Shown: piece after piece, positions 40,958 to 54,027 of the stretch
How the letters are laid out: each line of letters begins with the position of its first letter
How positions within the stretch are numbered: the first letter of the stretch is position 1
DNA from: Octopus sinensis
Taxonomy: Eukaryota
Assembly: GCF_006345805.1 (NCBI RefSeq)
Contig: NC_043003.1
Span: 52,762,001-52,826,000 of the forward strand
Direction of reading: 5' to 3'
DNA: 64,000 nt
Position numbers and translations under genes: made by a program
Notes under the pieces: model-generated
What the model was told of the DNA's origin: nothing
What the model saw: the letters and a program-made list of their open reading frames with translations, nothing else
Database searches by the model: none

Positions 40958-41539
40958 CAGCTACTTTCAGATGGATGTTATATAAAAGAAGGCTCTCGCT
41001 ATTTACATTTTTGTTCCTTTCAAAATTTGTAGAAATTGTTCCATTTTTATTGAAACACTGTCCGTGCACTAACACGACTTTAGAAACGCACATAGACTGA
41101 TAAACAGTTATAAATATGTGGTATCTTTTTACTTGCTAAGAATGGAGGGATGAGGAGTGTCTGTGGTTTTTGCAACCCTTTTAGACCAAGATTCAACTAT
41201 TGAGAAATATCCTTGGAGTATCTTGGGGACCAGTTCTAATCTATGCATGCTGTGGCTTGGTGTTAATAAATAAATAGGGCCGAGTGCATTGATTTGCACG
41301 GGGTCTTAAGTTGCTGCTAAATCGTCCCTATCACAATATCATCTCTACTTTCTGGTAGAAGGATTAAAAATGATTTCTTAGCAACCCATGTAACATAAAC
41401 AAATTCAATAATTCCTTATTAGAGTTTTAATGCTAACTGATAAATAGAAGTTTAAGATGGATTTGAAACTCATGAGTGAAGCTTTAATGGATTTATCGAG
41501 GAATAATCGAAGATTAGGTTTTTCGATATATTTTCATAT

Positions 41540-41915
41540 ACTCTTTTATTCTTTTACTGGTTTCAGTCATTTGACTGCGGCCATGCTGGAGCACCGCCTT
41601 TAGTCGAGCAAATCGACCCCCAGGACTTATTATTTTTAAGCCTAGTACTTATTCTATCGGTCTCTTTTACCGAACCGCTAAGTGACGGGGACATAAACAC
41701 ACCAGCTTCGGTTGTCAAGCGATGTTGGGGGAACAAACATAGGCACACAAACACACACACATACATATATATATATACGCACACACACATACGACAGGCT
41801 TCTTTCAGTTTCCGTCTACAAATCCACTCACAAGGCTTTGGTCGGATCGCGGCTACAGTAGAAGATACATGCCCAAGGTGCCACGCAGTGGGACGGAACC
41901 CGGAACTATGTGGTT
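41540..41915 (-). mobile_element. SINE family B
   Basis: Reverse match, full length. Confidence 0.85.
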
Positions 41916-43349
41916 CGTAAGCATTATTCGTTAACTATTTATTTAATATCGATATTCATCATGAATTGTGATGGTTTTCAACGTCGTCTTTCGCAGACAA
42001 TAAGTTTACCATTTATTTATAACATTCATATTTTCCTCTTCATTTTAATGTTTATGATTGCTAACAGTTCGCTAGTATGCTGGTTGTGTTGGCTGCGAGG
42101 TTTTTGAACGAGTGTTGAATTACTTTACAACCAGCTGTTGTTTGGACTAGTTGAGCATGGTTTTTGTCAGTAAATTAAACGTTTATAAACATTTATATTA
42201 CTGAAATAACATCGCGTGGATAGGGTTTCTGTTACACTGATATAAATTCAACAATAATTTAAACTCAGTTTACTTCTAACATTTTCCCGCAATGAAGTGA
42301 CTGTGGAGTAGGACTGGAAGTGGTTCCTAGAAATCCCATGACTGACTTTGATACTTCCTTTCCAAGAATGTTATTATATTTGCCCAACCCTGCACTGTGT
42401 GTGTGTGTGTGTGTTTCGAGGAAATGTTTCGATGTACGTTTTATAATTATTTCATAGAACTTATATAGTGAATACGTCCATTTTCTTAATTCATATACAG
42501 TGTAAGATACTGGTAAAAACTCTGGAAAATCATTCATCCTTTACTCATTTTCTTCTCTCTGGTGATAAATTCTACGTAATAGCTATTTTTATTCTTCTAG
42601 GAATTTATTTTTATTAATGTACTCGCATCCATATCGCAGCAGATATGATAGACCAATGGTTCATCTCGACAACAGCATCCCCATCGGTGTGTCGTGATCT
42701 CATAAGGGGTGGCATGTTTCAAAGATCGCTAAGATGAGCAGTGGGTGTTTAGAAGGATCATGATTTTTACAAATATAATATTTAAACCAGATAAAATATT
42801 TATGTTTTAAGATCATTGTATAATGCCCCAGCATGGTCGCAGCTCTCGAGCTGGAATTAGTAAAAGAATAAATAAAGGAATAATGTCTCCAGTTCTCTTC
42901 AGCTATTGTATTTGTTGAGTCTATAAATATATTGGCCGTTTATTTCTTTGGGATTAGTCAAATGTTATAGATGTCCCTGATGAGGACAAAATAAGTTTCT
43001 TTTTTCCAATGCACATATGTATTTATATACATACATATACGTTGAGAAAAGCATTAGCTGGTCCAAGGTGCCGAGATTGAGATTGAACCAAAAACCACAT
43101 GGTTGCAAAGCGGGCTTCTTAACCATACAACTATACCTGCGCCAATGAGAAAAAACGTTGAAAATAAGTTTCCTATATTATTAGTTTCCCCCACCCCCTC
43201 TTAATATATTCATATTTTGGCCATTGTTGCATTCTTATTAGAATATCTTGCTTATTCTGTATTTTATTCCAGTGTTTTGACAACTTTGTCATGTTCAGTT
43301 TTCATATTTATAATTTCTTTATCTCACTTTAATTTTTTTTTTATTCCAG

Positions 43350-43463
43350 AGCAACCGTGTTAAGTATAACCAGCAACATTATCTAAATGTATTTAATGAC
43401 GAAGAATCCGTAAAAATGCTTCAAGATTCCTTGAATAGTCCTTCCCTCTTCAAATTGGTTGAG
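43350..43463 (+). CDS. TDO2: TDO exon: SNRVKYNQQHYLNVFNDEESVKMLQDSLNSPSLFKLVE, phase 0-0
   Basis: Acceptor ttttttattccag, donor GAG|gtaatg; RVKYNQ..Y and SL..LVE match TDO. Confidence 0.93.
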
Positions 43464-43719
43464 GTAATGTTATTGTAGTTCATAGCATTAACGTCTTTAG
43501 TGTGGCAATGCCGGTAGTAAAAATAAAAGAGAATTTCACTGGAAGCCGGTATGAAATATCTGAAGGTCATCGAAGTGAAATATATTTTGTAGCATTAACA
43601 GAAACGTTGCCCGTGTTAGCAAATAACTTAGGTGAAATAAACGTCAGAAATGCTTTTCCCCACACAGAAAGGAGTTACTCAGAGGTTTTGCAAGCTCTTC
43701 TATATATATATATATATAT

Positions 43720-44460
43720 ATCGTCGGCAGGTAATTCAGAGTTACAAGCGTTTTGCCCCTTAGCCCGTACGCCTCTCCTGAGTAGAGAAGCGAGGAGTGA
43801 GCTAGTCTTCGCCAACAGAAGGGTTTCACTTGCAGTCTCTCATCATCTATAGCCATCTTGAGCTAGTTTCAGTGCCGTGCCTATTTCTTTGATGGCTTTC
43901 TTCAGTTGTCTGGGTTGGAGACACATCTGTACAAAATAGCGCATTAATCTAGATGGAAAGCCGTGACAGCTGACTTCAATGGGGAATGAGGCCGCATGCC
44001 AGCCTTGGTATTTCGATCTCCTTATCTGGTGCGAAATCTCTTGTCTGTCCTCTTAGGGCAATGTGAGTTCAACAACGTTGATTGTTTTTGTATTCCTGGA
44101 GAGCAGGAACATGACTAGCCGGAGTGATATTATCACTGTCTCCTCTGAGGATACATGTCTGTTCCTCAGGTCCACATGCTTCATTCTGAGGCTGAATGCA
44201 AAATACAAAACGGGTCCCTTTTCATTGCTTTCGTTTTGGAAACTCTGTCACCTTCCTTTGGGGATTTGATACCCTTTGCTAGCGGAGGCTGGTGTCTATT
44301 AGCGTTCATTCTTTGCAGATTAGTCCACTTGGCAATCTCTGCTAGAACCTTGTTATGTCTTCACTTGTATCAGCCTTCTCTCAGTGTCCTAAGGCATCCA
44401 ACCAAAATGTGATTCTGGGTGCAAAGTTACGCTGCACTATTTGCTGGATGGGTCTTTTTA
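43720..44460 (-). mobile_element. 3' part of a restriction-like-endonuclease non-LTR retrotransposon (Hero-like), degenerate
   Basis: Minus frames give HILVGC...(W)RHNKVLAEIAKW, VVELTLP*EDR..SH...KY and FPIEVSCHGFP, matching the zinc-knuckle and PD-(D/E)xK region of the R2/Hero group. Confidence 0.65.
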
Positions 44461-45624
44461 CTGTATTCCACACTTTCAGATGAAACCAGTTGTTAAATAG
44501 TCAAATCGGTTAAATAATCAAATCTGTTTAGAAATCTCCGAGAAATCCTAGTTTCTTTATGATTACTTCAAGACATGCATAATGCCTGTGGTTATACTTT
44601 GAACCATACAAAATTTTAAAGCTTTTTTTTTTCATAGATAGAACGAATATTTCTTTCTACTTCCGTTACTGAAGAGCCTCTTTTGAATTAATTCAGCATG
44701 CAGTGTTTCAAGATTGTAAAATCGATTCCGATTTTAACTATTATGGTATAAAATAATCTGCAAAAGAAAGAATAAAAAATATTAGAGTGCTAAATAATAT
44801 TAGTATATGTAAGTTTAATCCAACTGTTTCTTGTTAAAGCGTCACTATTCAAACCAACTGCTTTGGTAGAGATGATATTTTCGATTGGATACGGTCAAAT
44901 ATTGTCACTGCACAGCGGTTGGCCTCTGGGCCATCAAAAGGAAACGTTCACAGTTCTCAAAAGACTCGATCACTGAAAAAGACCCAAATCTGACTCCAGC
45001 AATCAAACAAACTATGAACTATGGGTACTACAAACAAAAGGAGAAGGTTCTCCAGCACAAAGTATCCACTAACCCAATATAAAACTAATACGCATCGTTT
45101 GCGATGAAGCAAAAGATACAACTCAGGGTCGAACTGTTGATCAGGGAAGAGAGAGACGGCCTAAAGTAGATGCACAGTCCTCAAGATCAGAACCCCACCT
45201 ATCTGATAATCATTTCTAGCCTTTGTTCGGAAGTGCAACGTGAGTCTAATAGAGATGACAACTGACAGGTAAACGAAGTATACCGTTCTAGCTCAGGGAG
45301 GAAGCTAAATGATTTCTCCACAGTTTTAGATAAGTTAGGCTCCAAAAGAATGAGGAATTTCTTTACGGTTGATTTGCAAAAGATAGGAAGGTGGACTAAA
45401 TTTCGCTCAAAGAGAGAGAGAGGGAGAGAGAGAGAGAGAACTCTGGCTGACGCATGTCTTTTCGTGTATTCGTTATATTTTAGAAGTTTTTTTTTTCCAG
45501 TGGATAGTGTATGCAAATATGTATGGTTTAAGGGATTCTGAAAGCTGGAATACTTGCTATATAACCTTTGATAAATTAATCTAGAGGTATATCGCAATTT
45601 GCAAAACTACATTTTCTTCCAGCT

Positions 45625-45786
45625 CTTTGTGTTCTGAACACAAATTCTGCCGAGATCAACTTTGCCTTTCATCCTTTTGGGGGACGGTAAAATAAGTATC
45701 ATTTGAGCACTGAGGGCGATATAATCGATTAGCCCTTTTCCACAAAATTTCAGGCCTTGTGTTCATAACAGAAAATATTATTATTA

Positions 45787-45836
<50 letters not shown>

Positions 45837-45951
45837 ATCCATAGGATTTAGGTTACTCCTCCAGAAAGTAAAGAAGCAATAAAGAAAAGTGTGACACGAG
45901 ATGCAGAAATATCGTTAATTTGATAACAGTTGCACTCTTTTTTATTGCTTC

Positions 45952-45990
<39 letters not shown>

Positions 45991-46210
45991 GGAAAGACGA
46001 TGAACACACAGAACCGCTAGCACATCGAGGAAAGTACTCGGCGGCATTTCGTCCGTCTTTATGATCTGAGTTCAAATTCTCTTGCGATCGACTTTGTATT
46101 TCATCCTTTCATGTTCGATAAAATAAACAACTAGTCAAGTACTGGGGTCAATGTAATCGATTTCCCCCCCTCTCAAAATTCTAGGTCTTGTTCCTATAAT
46201 AGAAAGGATT
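45625..46210 (+). mobile_element. Two diverged SINE family A copies (45625-45780, 46010-46210) separated by (ATT)n and unique sequence
   Basis: GTTCTGAACACAAATTCTGCCGAG and CTGAGTTCAAATTCT...GACTTTG bodies. Confidence 0.7.
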
Positions 46211-46248
46211 ATTATTATTATTATTATGGAAGATGGAAGAATCCTTAA

Positions 46249-46437
<189 letters not shown>

Positions 46438-46755
46438 TAATAGTGAGCATGCGTTGCTTCAATAAATAGATTCTGTTGAGGCTGAAACACCTGTCCAAAG
46501 CCATCCAACTGTCTCATTACAGTTAGACTACCCTTTTCCTTAATAGCCTGTCAAATTTGGAGAATTCTTAATTTTTTTTAAATTGTCTCCCCTTCTTATT
46601 TAGAATTAGTCCCAGTTACGACCAGACGATTATTTTACCTTCTCTGTAACAAAGGATATAATTTCAATAGGCCAAGAATTTAGGCCGTTTTTTAATATAT
46701 CGTTATTCATCTTTGTTGTTGATATTTTGTGTGTGAGTTTAACTTAATAGTCATC

Positions 46756-46790
<35 letters not shown>

Positions 46791-46841
46791 GTAAATATAT
46801 ATATATATCTGTAAATGTAATATGTGACAATTATTCGGTAG

Positions 46842-46909
46842 CCATGATAAAACTCCGAGTTTCGGATGCCGAGGTGAAAATCCACGCCGCCATCTCTTCA
46901 GTAATCTGG
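46842..46909 (-). ncRNA. Hammerhead motif (canonical core, imperfect helices) in an element at about 46810-47330 between (TA)n tracts
   Basis: Minus strand: CCAGATTA CTGAAGA GATGGCG...CGGCATCC GAAACTCGGAGTT TTATCATGG. Confidence 0.55.
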
Positions 46910-47318
46910 CCATCGGAAAAATGCTATGAAAAATAACTGTTATACAAAGGGAAATTACTGTGTGATTGACCGTTATTAAGACAAAAGAACTAGTCGAATG
47001 ACCGCTAAGTAAGGGGAGGGAGTAAAGTAAGGAGGTAAAAAAGTTCATAGTATTCACATAAGCGCGCCTGCTCATACCTACACATGTGCGCCCGAACACC
47101 CATGTGCGTGCCCCTAAAAGTATACGTTCATCCACCCTCACTTGAAAACGTACACATCCTCACTCTCATCCTTCGCCAAATGTATATGTATATACATTCA
47201 ACTCCCCCCACACACACACGCACGCGCACCTTAAAGGTTCATACACACGTCTATATTCGCACAAGCACAAAAAAACAGAGTTAAGGGTAACAATGCAGAA
47301 AAAGACACACAAACAAAT

Positions 47319-47380
<62 letters not shown>

Positions 47381-47397
47381 TATATATACATACACAT

Positions 47398-47562
47398 ACG
47401 ACGGGCTTCTTTCAGTTTCCGTCTACCAAATCTACTCACAAGGCTTTGGTCGGTCCTAGGCTATAATAGAAGACACTTGCCCAAGGTGCCATGCAGTGGG
47501 AATGAACCCAAAACCATGTGGTTGGTAAGCAAGCTACTTATCACACAGCCACTCCTACGCCT
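47398..47562 (-). mobile_element. SINE family B head
   Basis: Reverse match up to the internal microsatellite. Confidence 0.8.
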
Positions 47563-47595
47563 ACATATATATACTGTGCATATATATAATATATA

Positions 47596-47633
<38 letters not shown>

Positions 47634-47957
47634 CCAAGAAAAAAGCAACAAGAATGGATCAGTAGTTTAGTACAATCATCCCACATAATTTTATGGTTAA
47701 TACCATAAAAAATTCTGGTGTATCTAAGTTAAGTACCATATTCTTTTGAATCTAAATTGTTTTGCTGAAATATATATAATATATATAATATATATATATA
47801 TATTGTATATGATTATTATTATTATATTGTATATATATATATATATATATATGTACACGTACACACACACATATATATATATTGTATATGTATATTGTAT
47901 ATATATATTATATATGTATATAATGTATATATATATTATATATATATATATATATAT

Positions 47958-48339
47958 ATCGTGACGTATTTTTGCCATTTCAATATGGCTAACCCCTAAG
48001 GGTGGATGCTACTGTAGTTTTTAGCCCCAGGAGGACACACTCCTCCAGCTGGCCATAGACACACTATCTGTGTCCTGTCAGTATTTGCAAAGGGAAGTCA
48101 TCCTTCCCGTCTTCAACTTATGATACACACGGACTCGAGTTTCGAGGTATTGACCTCTCGTCAGCGTGTGACAATCATAGTTGTCGCCGAGAATTAGATT
48201 TCCTTCACAAATACTTATACTTTTTCCAGCGTCCACTGCCGCTGATATTGAAAAAGTGAAATCAAACAATGATAAATATCAAAGTGAGTTATATACAGTA
48301 GCGGTAACACATCGTGACGTATTTTTGCCATTTCAATAT
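47958..48339 (-). mobile_element. 353-nt unit with a 29-bp terminal direct repeat and an intact hammerhead, set within (TA)n (retrozyme or PLE-terminal-repeat-like)
   Basis: ATCGTGACGTATTTTTGCCATTTCAATAT at 47958-47986 and 48311-48339. Confidence 0.75.
48126..48170 (-). ncRNA. Canonical minimal type-I hammerhead ribozyme
   Basis: Minus strand: CACACG CTGACGA GAGGT CAAT ACCTC GAAAC TCGA GTC CGTGTG. 6-bp helix I, 5-bp helix II, palindromic helix III (ACTCGAGT), GUC cleavage triplet. Confidence 0.88.
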
Positions 48340-48441
48340 ATATATATATATATATTGTGTATATATAAAATGTGACTGCGTGTGTACTGTTGGCGATTTT
48401 TTTCCTCTGTCTTCCCTTCTTTGGATCTTTCCTTTTCCTAT

Positions 48442-48476
48442 GTTTCTGACGAAGAGCTCCGCTCAAAATGTTAAAC
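48442..48476 (+). ncRNA. Inactivated minimal hammerhead motif in a small element (48370-48580)
   Basis: GTTT CTGACGA A GAGC TCC GCTC AAAAT GTT AAAC; GAAAC has become AAAAT. Confidence 0.55.
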
Positions 48477-48576
48477 CCTCCTTCTTTCCTTCCTTCCTGA
48501 GCGTCCAATAATACTATATTTGTTCCACGTCCTCGCGTTGTTGTGTTTTCTCTTTGTGTTTTCATGTTTGGATTAA

Positions 48577-48620
<44 letters not shown>

Positions 48621-48665
48621 TGTGTGTGTATTTATATATATAAATCCATTTCTGATTATTTGCAG

Positions 48666-48722
48666 AAGGAGAATGATCCCAAAAAACATGAGGTGATGAT
48701 GGCGGAATATTTAAAGCAGAAG
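48666..48722 (+). CDS. TDO2: TDO exon: KENDPKKHEVMMAEYLKQK, phase 0-0
   Basis: Acceptor gattatttgcag, donor AAG|gttaga; aligns with the human ...VAEFQKQK segment. Confidence 0.88.
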
Positions 48723-49244
48723 GTTAGAAACAAATTAACTTATTTTTCATGTATGTATGAATAGATAAATCATGAAAGTCTTATTTTTCTTTATTTTAAA
48801 GCTCATGGTCTAGAGTTGAATCTGTGCCATAAACACTTTGTTTATTAGGAAAAATATAGTGTTTTGTTTGACCCAATGCACATAACTGCATATAATTTTC
48901 ACCACCACCATTTATTTATAACTGACTGATTATTTTGCATTATAGATGGTTCATTCATAAATCTAGTTTGAGTTATTTGTTATGTACAGAATTATAAAGT
49001 GTTATAAACTTTAACGTTATTATGCCTGCTTTTTGACTATATTTTTAAAATAATTCTTAATCCCATCAAATTCAATGTATTTCCTTGTGGGAAAAAAAGT
49101 GACAAGTATTGTTTATTGTTGAATAAACAGATCAGATAATTGCAAGGAATTATACCTATTGGGTGTAGCAGAATTATTGATACCTGAAATATACAAACCA
49201 TATTCTTTTCTACTCTAGGCACAAGGTTCAAAATTTTTTGGTAG

Positions 49245-49465
49245 GGGACCACAAGGGGCTAAACAGAGAGAGGTCAAACAAGGACAGACAAACAGATTAA
49301 GTCGATAATATTGTCTCCAGTGCGTAACTGGTACTTATTTAATCGACCCTGAAAGGATGAAAAGCAAAGTTGACCTCGGCGGAATTTGAACTCAGAACGT
49401 AACGGCAGATGAAATACCACTAAGAATTTTGCCCAGCATGCTAGCGATTCTGCCAGCTCGCAACC
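49245..49465 (-). mobile_element. SINE family A
   Basis: Reverse match, head to tail. Confidence 0.85.
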
Positions 49466-50094
49466 TTATTAAACAAACCATATTGCAATGAATGTTTTAT
49501 TGATACTCACTTACTGCTTTATCGGGAGTAACTACCAATGAAAACCAAAAAAAAAAAAAGTAAAGAAATAATATGCTACAATGCAGAATACTGTATTATG
49601 ACCCTGGATAACAGAAAAGAGTCTAAATAAAAAATTGACAGATAGAGGGTATCAGGGTATCTCTCAAGGATGAGATTTCCACTAGATGGTGAACCATCAT
49701 CATCCACTGTTTTAAATCCAGGTTTTGTCCCCATTAACAGGGGTGGTCGGATCTACTTCAATGCCATAACAACCGAGGTAGGCAGGTACAGCCCACCCTA
49801 ACCTTTGGGCTGGTTGGTGCCCATTCTCCTTTGCTATCATGTGGCTTTTTTAGAGCTGGATTTTCTACAGGGAGCATACCCTTGCTTACCCCCAACCTCA
49901 GTTTCTAGACATGTGTGGTCCCGAGACCAAGGCCTCTACTACAATTTTTAAGAAATGTTGTGGAAAACTAGGTCAGGAAGGCAGGGACACTACTCCTTGA
50001 GACCCCTTTTGGAGCCCCTGCCCCCAATTTCTGTGCATAAGTTTAAAGGTCATTGCACACCAGTCATCATTAGACAGAGCTCATAATCTTTTCT

Positions 50095-50300
50095 AGTCTA
50101 GGCACAAGGCATGAAATTTTGGAGAGGAGGCAAGTTGATTAGATCGACCTCATTACACAACTGGTACTAATTTATTGACCCCGAAAGGATGAAAAGCAAA
50201 GTCGACCTCAGTGGAATTTGAACTCAGACCGTAAAGACAGACAAAATACTGCTAAGCATTTCACCCAATGTGCTAACGTTCCTGCCAGCTCGCTGCCTTA
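50095..50300 (-). mobile_element. SINE family A
   Basis: Reverse match. Confidence 0.82.
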
Positions 50301-50978
50301 GAGAGAGCACATAATGAGAAGCAAAATCTGGATTCAATTGCAAGGTAGTCTTCAAGTATTGGTGATGGGGGCCAGTCTTTGGTTGCGTACTGGTGTGGCC
50401 TTTTAAGAACAATGGGAGTCGGACTTATTGCTACAAACTTAAAAAGCATTTATTGAATTTTTACCCTATTGCCGCTGCTTATAGTGGGAAGTTTTTTTCC
50501 CCAACTTGTAATACTTTCACTTTCTTCAGATAGGTTGATCTTTTTGACTAACCTATTTAAGTATATTGTAAAAACTTCCAAAATAATGTATCGGTGATAA
50601 GAGAAATCAGACTGTCAGTCCTTGGTTAGTTGTTTGGTATGTCAGTCAATTTCATCAACTGTGACAGATGATAAATATCAGTAGATTGGATGTTAATGAT
50701 GGAGGATTAAAATTATTATAAGATGTGATCTACAAATAGATAAGTAGACAGGAAAATAATTCTGGATAATTATTTTGTTAAGTGATCAATAAAATAGTTT
50801 ATTAATTGGATGAGTAAATGAAACAAGAACAAAAGATTTTAATAATGTTTTATTGATGCTTTTTTATATTCTATATTCATATGAGGATCATCAAATTACG
50901 CCAAAATCAAAACCAAGAATACAAACTTTTCTCTGATAAGATAATAATTTTGTCCTTTTTTTTCTTTCTGTCTTATAG

Positions 50979-51033
50979 GAAAATTTCGATTCAATATTTT
51001 CTGATGAAATTCATGCAAAATATCTTGAAAGAG
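50979..51033 (+). CDS. TDO2: TDO exon: ENFDSIFSDEIHAKYLER(G), phase 0-1
   Basis: Strong polypyrimidine tract ending tcttatag, donor G|gtaaac; aligns with EVLLSLFDEKRHEHLLSKG. Confidence 0.92.
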
Positions 51034-51462
51034 GTAAACATCATTCCATTAATTTTTATATATTCACTAATTCCTGTCAAAATATCTTCAGAAATTTTGT
51101 ACTGGTTTTCTTGAATTTTTAAAACAATTTAAGCAGTTCATTTATTTTTAACAGTAAAATAGCTTTTCTCTTTCAATTCTTTACTTTTGATTTTAGCCCC
51201 TATTTTAGTTAGTACATTATCTCATACAGATGTTGTTCATAAAGTAAAACAAATACTTTATCTGCACTTACATGAAGATACCAAAGCGTTAACTCTTGAG
51301 TTTCAAGTAGAGTTCTGAAAGATTATGTTGAAATTCAAACTATTGAATTGTGGTTGCAGTGATGTTACAAAGGTGGAGCAGCCACAATGACAATTGCCCT
51401 GGATAAAAACTTTGAAAAGGAATGAACATATATATGCATATTTAATGCAGTATATATATATA

Positions 51463-51513
<51 letters not shown>

Positions 51514-51556
51514 ATATTATATATATACGTATATATATACATACATATATATATAC

Positions 51557-51865
51557 CACTGTGATCCCCGTGACCGACCAGGCTATCAGATGTGGCTACA
51601 CATCGCTGGTCACAATGCGCTTCGCATTGTTTTAGCCTTCAAATGAAGCCACCCCACTGGCTAAGCTAGCATGCCAACAGAAGAAAGAGTGAGAGAAAGT
51701 TGTGGTGAAAGAGTACAGCAGGGATCACCACCACCCCCTGCCGGAGCTCATGGAGGTTCGGGTGTTTTCGCTCAATAAACACTCACAACACCTGGTCTGG
51801 GAATCGAAACCGCGATCTTACGACCGTGAGTCCGCTGCCCTAACCACTGGGCCATTACGCCTCCA
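51557..51865 (-). mobile_element. tRNA-head SINE family D
   Basis: Minus strand: GTGGAGGCGTAATGGCCCAGTGGTTAGGGCAGCGGACTC...GGTTTCGATTCCC. Confidence 0.8.
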
Positions 51866-53149
51866 CACACACACACACATATATAAAGCAAAGTTTGTTA
51901 AAAAGTTGAAGAATAATGACAGTGAGGAAAAAGTTGATTAATATATTTTCTAAACTATGGGAGACAACTCCGGGAGACAAATAATTTAAGCGTTATCATA
52001 CCAGTAAAATGTAACTAGATGTAAGCACATCTTACTCCATTATATATTACTTTGCCTTTTTAATGCTCCATCCATTAAGTATACTGGTGGCTATTCATCT
52101 TCTTGCTACTGTTTAGCCAAAGGTCAACTCAGTAGAGCTATTTTCTTAGGTGTTCTATTTGTGAATATCCTGTCATTTTGGACGTCAGAGAGTACGTTGA
52201 TCAATGAATGTATCTCTGTTTAAGATGGCAAGGTGTGATTTGAGACTAATCTGCCTATTATTTCCTGTAGGTCAAGAGTCTTCCTTGTCGGCTCATACTT
52301 ATTTATCATGTGGATTATCTCTTAGAATTATTTGGTTCCTAAAATATGTTGATGTAAACAGTCCTAAAAGACTCTAAGAAATTATTGATAAAATCCGCTA
52401 TAGATTGCCATGCAGTATTCAGAAAGATCTCTTGTGTTTCTCACAAGCAAGCATAAAACCTGGAAAGAAATTTTTCTTTAAAGATAAACCTAAGAGGATT
52501 AGCAGACTCGATAGATTGAAGGAGAAAATACCTCATGACATTATTGTGTTGCATACCTTCATATTTTGAGCTTAAAAAGTATTTAAAAAATGAATATATA
52601 AATAAAAATAGTCATTATGATGAAATTAATTTTCATCCAAACTGCTTCAGGATGCTGTTGAGGATGATTATGATGATGATGTCTTATTCTGAAAACAATT
52701 TTAAAGGTGTATGTATGACTGTGTGGTTACAGAGCTCAATTTGCAATCGCATGGTTTTGGGTTCTATTATAACCTTGAATCTACCAATGCTTCGAGAGTG
52801 AATGTGGTGGATGAAAACAGTGCAGAAACTCATTATATATATATATCCACTTTTAGTGATGAAACAGTATTAGTTCAAAGTAGCATTCTGTATGTCTTAA
52901 CGTGGATATACTGTAGAAACCCACAAAACGCAGTACTCATCTCGAGACAGCATCTTGTATAGATGTATAGTGCTATAAAGCACTGAAGTATATCAGTAGT
53001 AGACAAAAAGTGTTCAGCAGTGGAATTGTTAAATCTAGATTTCTGCTTTTTTACACATTATCAGAAGCAAGGATTCACTAGCAACCACATACTTAGCCAA
53101 ATTTAGCATCTACTGATAGAGAAAAACAGTGATCAATAAATCACTTGTG

Positions 53150-53319
53150 CACAAGTGTAGTTAGAGTGTGTGCCGCTTGTGGCAGCCCTTCAGTTTGCTG
53201 TCCCAGGGCCTCCACAGAAAATGCATATTACCTACAACAGACCCAAAAGTGGTGCTGCTCCTATAAAATTGCCAGCTGGGGTGGACTGCTCCCTCTTCCC
53301 ACCTCTAGCTATGCTTGTG
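53150..53319. mobile_element. hAT-like MITE, same family as 40787-40957
   Basis: TIRs CACAAGTGTAGTTAGAG / CTCTAGCTATGCTTGTG; TSD CACTTGTG / CACTTGTA. Confidence 0.72.
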
Positions 53320-54027
53320 CACTTGTATTGCAAATAGCCAGCAGGTAAAACTTTGCTAGAAGTGATGGGAGCAGTATTAGTTCAAAAATTGCATTCTCTC
53401 TATCATTAATTTTCTGTATAAGTAAAAGCTAAATTTATTTAAGCATGCATTTACAAGGAGATACTTTCTACTGATGAAGTTCAAGAAAGCAGAAATCTAG
53501 ATTTAGTAATTCTACTGGTGCTGTTGGACACTTTTTGTCTGCTTTTGATAGGCTTCTGTTCTTTTTAGCCCTATATATATATCTATATGAGATGCTGTCT
53601 CGAGACAACTACAGCAGTTTTATGACTTTCTACTGTATATCTACATTAGGTAAGCTATACAGAATGTTGGTGTCACAGCACTGACACTGAATGAAACATA
53701 TAAAATATGAATTTTTAAAAAAAATCACATGGAGGAAGCAATCAAAAGAAGCAATATCTAGAACTTCCTTTTCCATTGATTACATGATATGTTTATGACC
53801 AATGTATGACAAGGTCCTCTTAAACTATTTAAATTGTTTGGAAGTGTTCTGCTGTATAGTGAGAATAGAAATAGTTCAACTCTCATTGATATGTTAAAAT
53901 CTAAAGAAAGGTTTGTAAGTAGCAAACTGCAAAAATTTATCATGTGAGAAGAAACTAACCAAATGAAGGATTAGAGATACGAACAAGTATAATAGAAATG
54001 TCAAAGGAAATTACAATTCTGAACACA

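Noticed and set aside
42974-42995. GTCC-CTGATGA-GGAC as a hammerhead
   Set aside because: There is no downstream helix II closure, GAAA or cleavage triplet; it is only a short hairpin.
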